Below, piece by piece: positions 1 through 7,580 of a stretch of 47,860 bases of DNA (positions within the stretch are counted from its first letter, which is position 1; every line of letters starts with the position of its first letter). The notes under the pieces are model-generated. The model did no database searches. It had not been told where the DNA came from and saw only the letters and a program-made list of their open reading frames with translations. Both the position numbers and the translations under genes were made by a program. Source of the stretch: Usitatibacteraceae bacterium. Its GTDB lineage: Bacteria > Pseudomonadota > Gammaproteobacteria > Burkholderiales > Usitatibacteraceae. Location: the NCBI GenBank assembly GCA_046596005.1, contig JBKJMK010000286.1, forward strand, positions 1-47,860, read 5' to 3'.

Positions 1-1004
1 TCGCCATAGCTAAAAAATCGATAACGTTCAGCAACAGCATGCGCATACACGCGCTGGATATTTTCCGTGCCCGCGAACGCCGACACCAGCATCATCAACG
101 TCGACTTGGGCAAATGAAAATTGGTGATGAGCCGATCAACCGTGCGGAATGCGTAACCTGGCGTAATCATGATTCGCGTCTCCGCAGTTTCGGCTGTCAG
201 TGTGCCGCTGCGCGATGCCGCCTCCAGCGTGCGCATGCTGGTTGTCCCGACCGCGACCACGCGTCCATCGACCTCTTTTGCGCGAGCAATCGCTGCAACC
301 GTTTCCGGCGGTACGTGATACCACTCACTGTGCATGACATGTTTAGAAATGTCGTTGTCCCGAACCGGCTGGAACGTGCCCGCGCCGACGTGCAGCGTGA
401 CGTAGGCAAGCGCGACACCCTTTGTTCGCAAGATTCCCAGCATCGCTTCGTCAAAATGCAAGCCCGCCGTCGGTGCGGCGACCGATCCGGCGTGTCTGGC
501 ATAGACGGTCTGATAACGCTGTTCGTCTTCATTGTCTGCGGGGTGGGTGATGTACGGCGGTAGCGGGACGTCGCCGAAGCGATGCAGGATTTCATGCACG
601 CCGAGATCACCTTCGAAGTGCAACTCAAACAAATCGTCCACGCGTGTCCTCATCGTCGCCACAATGTCTTCAGCAAACATGAGCCGACTGCCGGGCTTAG
701 GCGATTTCGACGCGCGCACATGCGCGAGCGCACTTTTGCCGTCGGCGAGCACGCGCTCAACCAGGACTTCGACACGACCTCCACTTTCCTTGTGTCCGTG
801 CAGCCGCGCCTTGATGACTTTGGTGTCATTGAAAACAAGGATATCGTTTGGTGCAATGAGCGCGGCTAAATCAACGAACTGGCGATCCGTGATTAAGCCA
901 GTATTGCCATCGGCATGCAGCAGGCGACTTCCAGCTCTTTCTTTGGCAGGATGTTGCGCGATCAATTCTTCGGGGAGGTGGTAATCGAAATCAGTCAGCT
1001 TCAT
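1..1004 (-). CDS. queA: S-adenosylmethionine:tRNA ribosyltransferase-isomerase (QueA), C-terminus cut by window edge
   Basis: Absent from the ORF track because it has no stop inside the window. The reverse complement from ATG (1004..1002) reads without stops: MKLTDFDYHLPEELIAQHPAKERAGSRLL...VGTTSMRTLE...TNFHLPKSTLMMLVSAFAG...RYRFFSYG. This is the typical QueA sequence. Confidence 0.9.
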   Translation of the reverse strand, partial: MKLTDFDYHLPEELIAQHPAKERAGSRLLHADGNTGLITDRQFVDLAALIAPNDILVFNDTKVIKARLHGHKESGGRVEVLVERVLADGKSALAHVRASKSPKPGSRLMFAEDIVATMRTRVDDLFELHFEGDLGVHEILHRFGDVPLPPYITHPADNEDEQRYQTVYARHAGSVAAPTAGLHFDEAMLGILRTKGVALAYVTLHVGAGTFQPVRDNDISKHVMHSEWYHVPPETVAAIARAKEVDGRVVAVGTTSMRTLEAASRSGTLTAETAETRIMITPGYAFRTVDRLITNFHLPKSTLMMLVSAFAGTENIQRVYAHAVAERYRFFSYG

Positions 1005-1162
1005 ATGCACGGTAAATTTCCACTCGCCGTCTCTGCTTGGCGAAGTATTGCCTCTTTGGAAGCAAATTCCTGGCACACTGTCGCGTCGATCGCCATTTGG
1101 AGAGGCTTTCATGGCATTTTATGCCTGCGATCCGCGCCAGTGCCAGAGCTTGGTGCAGAAAG

Positions 1163-3274
1163 TTAAAACGAATACGCTGCATTCAACCCGACCAGAACGT
1201 TGCGCCCCGGTGCCGGTTCAAAGTAGCGTCCTCGTGCCTCAGCCACAATCACCGAACCGATATAGCGATGGTCGGTGACGTTTTCAACCCGCACAAATTC
1301 GCTGATGCGCAAATTGCCGCGAACACCTATCGCGAATTGTTGCTGAAAGCCGGCGCGCACGTTGGCAACGCCAAATCCCGCCGCCGCGTCGGTGTTGGCT
1401 TCATTCACATAAATTTTTTCCGACGCGCGGTATTCAATGCCGGCGTGGAAACCCGAGAGCTGATGTCGCCATAGCAGTTCGACGAATAGCACCGAGCGCG
1501 CCACCCCCGGCAGCAGATTACCGGACGGCACCAGCACCGGCGGTGTACCTGCGCGATAGGCGTCCTTGAAGCGTGCATTCAGCCAGGTGTATGCAGCGTA
1601 GGTTTCAAGGCCAAACGGCAGGACACTTTCGAATGACAGTTCAAGGCCGTCGCGCTGCGTGCGCGAGGCATTGCGGAAATCACTGCGGCCCGCGGTCGAA
1701 GAATTGGTGACGATTTCATTGCGCGTGTCGATACGAAACAGCGCGGCATTGATGCGCGTACTGCCGCTGACCATTGTCTTGACGCCGAACTCGGCATGGC
1801 GACTGCTGGCCGGTTGCAGGGCGAAGTTAAAACCGGTGGTGCCACCCGGCCGATAAGCAAGTTCAGCAAAGGTCGGCGTTTCAAATCCTTCGCCGTAGTT
1901 CGCGTACACGTTCCACTGCGGTGCCAGCTTGAACAACACACCCAGCACCGGCGTGGCGCGTGCGTAACTGACCTTGCCGCTGTCGTCGGGATTAACGCCG
2001 ACGATATAGTGATCCGAGGAATCGAATTTCACCCGGCTGTGGCGCGCACCGCCGCTGAGGCTCAACGCATCTGCGACCTGCCATTCGGCCTGTGCATAGA
2101 AATCAGTATTGCCAACCCGATCATCCTCATCGCGTTTCAGAACGCCCTGTGTACCAGCGTTGTTGACGAAGCCACGGCGCCGTTCGTTGAGGCGATCAGC
2201 GTCGACGCCGGCAGAGAAGGTCAGCGCCCGATTGGCAACCAATGTGCGCCGCGTCCAGCGCAACCCCATGCCGCCGTAGGTTCTGTCGAGGTCAACCACA
2301 CCGCCTGCACCCAGTGGTGTATTGCCGTCCTGGCTGAGGAACTGCTTCACAGTACGGCCACCGCCGTAGAGTCTGGCTTGCAACGCGCCGCCCGCGGTGT
2401 CTGCATCGCCAAGGTCATAGATCGCGCCAAGCTGATTCTGGCGAATACTCTTTCGCGTGTTGAACGTCAGCGCCGAGATATCGACCTGACGCCAATCGGT
2501 TTGCACTTGCGCGCGCGTCAGGCCCAGTGGATCCTGTGTGTCCGGCTGATTCAGGGCATTCGCGACCAGCGTAAGTTTTCCTGTGTAGACCGGAACGCTG
2601 AATTTGGCGTTGAGCTGGTCGCGCGTTGCGGCGCTGTGGACCCGATAGCCATCGGTACTGAAGCGTGAAATATCGACAACGTAGTTCAGACTATCTTCCT
2701 GCCCCCCAAACTGCATGCCAACTTTTTTCGCACCGTAACTTCCTGCAAAAAAGGAACCGCTGACGGTCGGCACTGCCGGGCCGTCCGCTGTGAAAATCTG
2801 CACCACGCCACCGGAAGAATTGCCATACAAACTCGCAAACGGGCCGCGCAAGACTTCAATGCGTTCCGCCGAGGATAGATTGAACGTCGCCGCCTGCCCC
2901 TGTCCGTCGGGCATGGTGGCGGGAATACCGTCGGCGATGAGCCTGACGCCGCGCACCCCGAAAGTGGCTCGCGCGCCGAAGCCGCGTGAGGATATCTGCA
3001 AATCCTGCGCGTAATTCTGGCGATTCTGCACCACGATGCCTGGCACACGATTGAGCACTTCGGAAAGATTGACTTGCGGCTTGGCCTCAGAGATCACCCC
3101 TGCATCGATGCGATCAATCGCCATTGGCAGGTTGAAGCCGTCCTGCTGCACGCGTGTGGCGCTGATGACAAGTTGCGGAATGCTGGGCACCACGGCAGCC
3201 GACGTTTGCGCAGCGGCGGTAACAGTGGCACAAAGCAGAAACACGCCGCAACTCAGATACCGGCTTCGGATCAT
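1163..3274 (-). CDS. TonB-dependent outer-membrane receptor (substrate unknown)
   Basis: ORF 1163..3349. The likely start is the internal ATG at 3274 (MIRSRYLSCGVFLLCATVTAAAQ signal peptide). It has a plug-domain region (ISSRGFGARATFGVRGVRLIADGIP...IEVLRGPFASLYGNSSGGVV), a long beta-barrel-type sequence and a C-terminal aromatic residue (..AAYSF). Confidence 0.85.
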   Translation of the reverse strand: MIRSRYLSCGVFLLCATVTAAAQTSAAVVPSIPQLVISATRVQQDGFNLPMAIDRIDAGVISEAKPQVNLSEVLNRVPGIVVQNRQNYAQDLQISSRGFGARATFGVRGVRLIADGIPATMPDGQGQAATFNLSSAERIEVLRGPFASLYGNSSGGVVQIFTADGPAVPTVSGSFFAGSYGAKKVGMQFGGQEDSLNYVVDISRFSTDGYRVHSAATRDQLNAKFSVPVYTGKLTLVANALNQPDTQDPLGLTRAQVQTDWRQVDISALTFNTRKSIRQNQLGAIYDLGDADTAGGALQARLYGGGRTVKQFLSQDGNTPLGAGGVVDLDRTYGGMGLRWTRRTLVANRALTFSAGVDADRLNERRRGFVNNAGTQGVLKRDEDDRVGNTDFYAQAEWQVADALSLSGGARHSRVKFDSSDHYIVGVNPDDSGKVSYARATPVLGVLFKLAPQWNVYANYGEGFETPTFAELAYRPGGTTGFNFALQPASSRHAEFGVKTMVSGSTRINAALFRIDTRNEIVTNSSTAGRSDFRNASRTQRDGLELSFESVLPFGLETYAAYTWLNARFKDAYRAGTPPVLVPSGNLLPGVARSVLFVELLWRHQLSGFHAGIEYRASEKIYVNEANTDAAAGFGVANVRAGFQQQFAIGVRGNLRISEFVRVENVTDHRYIGSVIVAEARGRYFEPAPGRNVLVGLNAAYSF

Positions 3275-3410
3275 TGCTTCAATCTCGCCATGGTGCCGTC
3301 GATGTCCTGGCGCGCAACGGTTTTGAAGCCCACGCAACTGGGCGCTCAAAAACAGCCGTCAGCGCCGCAATCACCCACTGAGCGAGAAGGAAAACTTTCA
3401 TATCGACTCC

Positions 3411-3450
3411 AAAATTAAAAATCCCCGCTACGCATGAACGCGCGGCAGGG
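3411..3450 (-). terminator. Putative intrinsic terminator after the DUF3460 gene
   Basis: The minus-strand RNA reads CCCUGC..(inner GCG/CGC stem)..GCGGGG followed by AUUUUUAAUUUU. The hairpin pairs better on the minus strand (a G-U wobble instead of a C-A mismatch). Confidence 0.45.
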
Positions 3451-3502
3451 ACTGTCATCTACATACTTACTTCTTTTTGTAGCTAATGCTTGAGTTTGAT
3501 GA

Positions 3503-3700
3503 TTATTTCGTCGCTTTGATCGGCAACGGAAAATACGCGTAAGCCTGCTTCGGTGCCGCCGACTCTTCCTGTCGCTTCAATTCCTCAAGATTCTGCTTTT
3601 TGTCCCACCACGTTGCGCGGTTGGTTTTCTGCAGTTCTTTGAGTTCAGGATTTTTTTCCATCAAGTCACGAACAAATTTGGTGATATCGGATTCGTACAT
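3503..3700 (-). CDS. Small conserved protein, DUF3460-like
   Basis: 65-aa ORF MYESDITKFVRDLMEKNPELKELQKTNRATWWDKKQ... It is charged and non-membrane, resembles small DUF3460 proteins of Burkholderiales (family assignment from memory), and is divergent from glrK. Confidence 0.7.
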   Translation of the reverse strand: MYESDITKFVRDLMEKNPELKELQKTNRATWWDKKQNLEELKRQEESAAPKQAYAYFPLPIKATK

Positions 3701-3785
3701 GGCAGTTTTCGCAGCAGAGAATTGGCCTTCATCTTATCATTGCACCGGCCCGGATCATTCACCCAGACTGATAAATTAGTGAACC

Positions 3786-3800
3786 TGGCACGGCCTTTGC
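3786..3800 (+). promoter_or_regulatory. Sigma54 (-24/-12) promoter upstream of glrK
   Basis: cTGGCACGGCCTTTGCT matches the extended consensus YTGGCACGR-N3-TTGCW at every fixed position. It lies 20 nt upstream of ATG 3820. Confidence 0.6.
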
Positions 3801-3819
3801 TGAAACTTGTTACTTTCAA

Positions 3820-5304
3820 ATGAATAAATCCAGTTCATCAAACGACAAACCGCTCATGGAACTGCGTTACCCGAAGTCCTTTTTGGGCCTGCTGCTGGTC
3901 GGCTTTGCGATCGTTGCGTTGCCGCTGATCGCAGGTCTGGTGTCGAATGCTTTTTCGATTGAGCGGCTATCCGAGCAGAGTCAGAAAGCGGTATTCAATG
4001 CAACCATTGCGACACAGAATGCCCGGCAACTTTCTTCCGTCGCGCTCGCGATGGAACGTTCGGCGCGTTTTTATGCGGTCTCTGGTGACCGTGATCTGAT
4101 CGAAGTTTACAAACAATCCCGCGATAGTTTTCGAAAACTGCTTGGCGAGTTTGTCGCGTTGCCATCAGCACATGATATGCAGGCGGCAGTAGACGCGGTG
4201 CAGCAACGGGAGACAGGCATTTTTGCATTGTTGACCGAAAAGGCACCTTCGTCCGAATTTGCCAGACAGCTCGAGCGTGATTTCGCCGATCTTGCATTGC
4301 GCACGCAAGCACTGAACACGCTTGCCAATCAGTTAATCGAGCAGGAAGTCGCCGCATTGAAAACATCGGCAGCGAAGTCGCGCAATCAGGTCATCTGGCA
4401 ACTGCTGGCGATGATTCCATCGGCACTGCTGATGATTGCCGGTTTTACGTACCTGCTGGCGAGGCCTATTCGCGATCTGGATGAGGCCATCCATCGTCTG
4501 GGTGAAGGCAAATTGGCCAAACGCATTCGCGTCAGTGGCCCGCGTGACATTGAAATGCTGGGGGAACAACTGGATTGGCTGCGTCAGCGCCTGATTTCGC
4601 TCGAAGATCAGAAGACGCGTTTTTTTCAGCATGTTTCGCATGAACTAAAAACACCGCTCACTGCGCTGCGCGAGGGCTCTGATCTGCTGAGTGATGAAGT
4701 GATTGGCAAGCTCAACGATGAGCAGCGCGAAGTTGCCGCCATACTTAAGCAGAATTCGCTCACGCTTGAAAAGCTGATTCAGGATTTGTTGACCTATTCG
4801 CAAGCACAGTCCTCCGACCGTCTTGGTCGCAAGACCGCACTCGACATCAAGGCGTTGCAATTGCGTGATCTCATCGATGATGTGATCAATGCGCAGCGGC
4901 TCGCGATCATCGCCAAATCAATCACCGTCAAACGCGAATGCGAAAAGACAACCTTTCAAGGCGATGCCGAAAAGCTGCGTGTCGTTATCGATAACCTGCT
5001 ATCAAACGCCATCAAATATTCACCGCCGGGCGGCACCATCGTGCTGCGCCTGGGCAAACACAATGACCACGCGGTGATTGAAGTGATCGACAGCGGCCCA
5101 GGCATTCCAGTGGAAGACCGTGATCGGATTTTTGATCCGTTTTATCGCGGCAAGAGCGCAGCAGCATCGGGTACCAAAGGTTCAGGGCTGGGCCTCGCGA
5201 TCGTGCGCGACTATGTTGAGTTGCACCAGGGAACGGTAAAGGCGATTGCGGCCACAGGTGCGCATTTTCGCGTTAGCCTCCCCAAGACCACAACCGCCAT
5301 TTGA
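3820..5304 (+). CDS. glrK: Sensor histidine kinase GlrK (QseE)-like
   Basis: 494-aa ORF with two TM segments flanking a periplasmic domain, a HAMP region (RPIRDLDEAIHRLGEG), an H-box FFQHVSHELKTPLTALREGSDLL and an HATPase domain (SNAIKYSPPGG..GSGLGLAIV). It aligns along its length with E. coli GlrK as I recall it. Alternative start at ATG 3856 (MELRYPKSF). Confidence 0.88.
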   Translation: MNKSSSSNDKPLMELRYPKSFLGLLLVGFAIVALPLIAGLVSNAFSIERLSEQSQKAVFNATIATQNARQLSSVALAMERSARFYAVSGDRDLIEVYKQSRDSFRKLLGEFVALPSAHDMQAAVDAVQQRETGIFALLTEKAPSSEFARQLERDFADLALRTQALNTLANQLIEQEVAALKTSAAKSRNQVIWQLLAMIPSALLMIAGFTYLLARPIRDLDEAIHRLGEGKLAKRIRVSGPRDIEMLGEQLDWLRQRLISLEDQKTRFFQHVSHELKTPLTALREGSDLLSDEVIGKLNDEQREVAAILKQNSLTLEKLIQDLLTYSQAQSSDRLGRKTALDIKALQLRDLIDDVINAQRLAIIAKSITVKRECEKTTFQGDAEKLRVVIDNLLSNAIKYSPPGGTIVLRLGKHNDHAVIEVIDSGPGIPVEDRDRIFDPFYRGKSAAASGTKGSGLGLAIVRDYVELHQGTVKAIAATGAHFRVSLPKTTTAI

Positions 5305-5314
5305 TGGAATTCCC

Positions 5315-5959
5315 TTGAAACTGAAATTGATTTTTTTGCTCGCTTACATTTGTCTGTTCGGTGCCTGCGCACTCGAACCCAAACGGGTGGAGCCTCTGGT
5401 GGCGCGGACAATTGAACAAGTTGCTGCGCCGTCGGAAGTCGACCAGCTGCTGGCGTACATGATGCAATCGCGCAAGCTTGACGCGCGCGAGCTAGCAGCC
5501 GAGCGTGAACAGATGCGCAATACATTTCACTCGGAAAAATCCGAGTTCAATCGCGTCAAGCTGGCGATGTTATTGACGTCATCTACCGCAACATCGGCAG
5601 CTTCTGCGAACGATGATGGCGAGCTTGCAGCGTTGCTCGAGCCCTTGGTCCGCGGCGCAAACGCGTCAACTACGGACGCTGCAATGGACGCGCAAAAGAC
5701 GGAAGTTCGCGCGCTGGCAATATTGCTCGCCGGTATGGCCCAAGAACGTAAAAAACTGCGCGATTTGTTGCGCGAAACGCAAACTCGCCTAAACACATTG
5801 CGGCGCGATGACACGAAGGAAATGGAAGTTCGCGCATTGCGCTCGCGCGTGGCAGAACTTGAGCGTAATCTTGCGGCACTGAAATCCATTGATCGTAGTG
5901 TCAATCGCAGGTCTGAAACGCAGCGCACCGAAACGCTGCGTGTGGATCCCCCTAAGTGA
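5315..5959 (+). CDS. qseG: QseG/YfhG-like lipoprotein, middle gene of the GlrK-GlrR system
   Basis: In-frame TTG at 5315, 10 nt after the glrK stop, gives MKLKLIFLLAYICLFGAC (lipobox LFGAC). The C-terminal half is coiled-coil-like (RALRSRVAELERNLAALKSIDRSV), resembling the E. coli QseG C-terminus (..LENLTDIERQLS..). It occupies the same position between kinase and regulator. Confidence 0.6.
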   Translation: MKLKLIFLLAYICLFGACALEPKRVEPLVARTIEQVAAPSEVDQLLAYMMQSRKLDARELAAEREQMRNTFHSEKSEFNRVKLAMLLTSSTATSAASANDDGELAALLEPLVRGANASTTDAAMDAQKTEVRALAILLAGMAQERKKLRDLLRETQTRLNTLRRDDTKEMEVRALRSRVAELERNLAALKSIDRSVNRRSETQRTETLRVDPPK

Positions 5960-7341
5960 GCAGTCCGCAAATGCAAAACCTGTTACTGGTTGATGATGAC
6001 CCCGATCTCCTGAAGTTGCTGTCTATTCGCCTGAAGGCGAGCGGATTTCGGGCCACCACTGCCGTCAGTGGCGAGCAAGCATTATCGATGATTGCCGCCG
6101 AGCGACCCGATTTGGTGATCACTGACCTGCGCATGGCAGGCCTCGATGGCCTGGCGTTATTTCACGAAATCGAGCGCCGCCACACGGGCTTGCCGGTCAT
6201 CATACTGACGGCGCACGGCACGATACCGGATGCAGTCGCCGCGACAAGACAGGGCGTGTTTGGCTATCTCACCAAACCCTACGACGCGAATGAATTGCTG
6301 GCACAGGTACGACGCGCATTGTCGCTACATGGCAGCGGCGGTTCCTCTGTTTCAGGGGCGGGGTTAACGTCGAGCAAGACCGATGCAGCATGGCGCAGTG
6401 AAATTGTTACCAGAAGCCCGGCGATGGAAGACTTGTTATTGCGCGCAGAGCGGATTGCGCAAGGCGATGCGAGCGTACTCATTCAGGGCGAGAGCGGTAC
6501 CGGCAAGGAGTTGCTTGCGCGTGCCTTGCATCGCGCCAGTCGGCGTGCTGAGCGTCCTTTCGTGGCCATCAACTGTGGGGCGATCCCGGAAGCATTGTTG
6601 GAGTCGGAATTATTTGGCCACAAGAAAGGCGCCTTTACCGGAGCCACTACTGACCACCCGGGACTGTTCGTGGAAGCGCATACAGGCACCTTGCTGCTCG
6701 ATGAGATCGGCGATATGCCGCTGGCGTTGCAGGTAAAACTCTTACGGGTTCTCGAAGCGCGCGAAATCCGTGCTGTCGGCTCGACCAAAACGATACCGGT
6801 CGATGTTCGCGTCATCTCGGCCAGTCATCGGGATTTAAACCAGGCCAAAAAAGAGGGTGCTTTTCGCGAGGATTTATTCTATCGATTGAACGTCGTTACG
6901 CTTAAGTTGCCTGCGCTTCGGGAACGTCGCGAAGACATCCCGTTGCTGCTTTCGCATTTCCTGAAGGAGCTTTCCAGGCGATACGAGAAGAACGTAAATG
7001 CGCTTTCACATGATGCGCTGGAGATCATGTGTGCCGCTGCATGGCCGGGAAACATCCGCCAGTTATACAACGTCGTCGAACAAGTGGTAGCGCTCTCCTC
7101 GGGAGAAATTGTCTCGACGAAAATTGTCGAACAAGCGATGCAGATGGAAATGCAAGGGCTCGATTCCTTCGAAGAGGCGCGCCGCCGCTTTGAGTATGAC
7201 TATCTAACCCGCCTGCTGAAACTCACCCAAGGTAGCGTGACGCAAGCGGCAAAACTGGCTAAACGCAATCGCACTGAGTTTTACAAGCTGCTCCAGCGAC
7301 ATGGAATCGAAGCCACCCACTTCAAGCCAACAACCAATTGA
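5956..7341 (+). CDS. glrR: Sigma54-dependent response regulator GlrR (QseF)-like
   Basis: The receiver domain (LLLVDDDPDLLKLL...DLVITDLRMAGLDG...VIILTAHGTIPDAVAATRQGVFGYLTKP) is nearly colinear with E. coli GlrR. It has an AAA+ domain with GESGTGKE, the GAFTGA sigma54-contact motif (HKKGAFTGA) and a C-terminal HTH. The GTG start overlaps the upstream stop (GTGA); ATG 5971 is an alternative. Confidence 0.9.
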   Translation: MSSPQMQNLLLVDDDPDLLKLLSIRLKASGFRATTAVSGEQALSMIAAERPDLVITDLRMAGLDGLALFHEIERRHTGLPVIILTAHGTIPDAVAATRQGVFGYLTKPYDANELLAQVRRALSLHGSGGSSVSGAGLTSSKTDAAWRSEIVTRSPAMEDLLLRAERIAQGDASVLIQGESGTGKELLARALHRASRRAERPFVAINCGAIPEALLESELFGHKKGAFTGATTDHPGLFVEAHTGTLLLDEIGDMPLALQVKLLRVLEAREIRAVGSTKTIPVDVRVISASHRDLNQAKKEGAFREDLFYRLNVVTLKLPALRERREDIPLLLSHFLKELSRRYEKNVNALSHDALEIMCAAAWPGNIRQLYNVVEQVVALSSGEIVSTKIVEQAMQMEMQGLDSFEEARRRFEYDYLTRLLKLTQGSVTQAAKLAKRNRTEFYKLLQRHGIEATHFKPTTN

Positions 7342-7377
7342 GTGCCTATCTCAAGTTGAATGTTGCGATGCGGAAAG

Positions 7378-7479
7378 CGTCGCATTTGATCGCCAACCGT
7401 CGCTATTTAGAGACAAATATTCACCTGCGTAATCAGCGACTTAGAATTTAGTATTGAATTTTGTCGCTATTTGACGACA
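7378..7479 (+). promoter_or_regulatory. Upstream activating region with three GlrR-type sites
   Basis: Site 1 is 7378-7395 CGTCGCATTTGATCGCCA (degenerate right half). Site 2 is 7398-7415 CGTC-GCTATTTAGA-GACA. Site 3 is 7462-7479 TGTC-GCTATTTGAC-GACA, an exact TGTC-N10-GACA. All three share the core GTCGC(T)ATTT. Confidence 0.65.
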
Positions 7480-7554
7480 AACACGTTCGATTGTTAGCCT
7501 CATCAATCGAGCGAAAATACGTTAACAAATTGTTTTTTAACAATTTAATTATTC

Positions 7555-7570
7555 TGGCACAAGGGTTGCT
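7555..7570 (+). promoter_or_regulatory. Sigma54 (-24/-12) promoter of a non-coding transcript
   Basis: TGGCAC-AAGGG-TTGCT is an exact TGGCAC-N5-TTGC. It is preceded by an AT-rich, IHF-like spacer (7517-7552) and lies about 86 bp downstream of site 3. Predicted TSS is about 7581. Confidence 0.75.
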
Positions 7571-7580
7571 GATATAGCTT

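Noticed and set aside
39-984. Several + strand ORFs (39..563, 532..984, 582..869) at the window start
   Set aside because: They lie antisense to an uninterrupted minus-strand frame that translates to a textbook QueA. Their translations are Arg/Cys/Ser-rich and not protein-like.
1796-2668. 290-aa + strand ORF inside the TonB-dependent receptor gene
   Set aside because: It is a shadow ORF of a GC-rich gene. It has no RBS and low-complexity Ala/Arg composition, while the opposite strand encodes the conserved plug and barrel sequence.
3275-3502. Possible riboswitch (cobalamin) or Fur box upstream of the TonB-dependent receptor
   Set aside because: I could not find a B12-box-like element or a GATAATGATAATCATTATC-like palindrome. 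Only the hairpin, U-tract and small ORF reported above are present.
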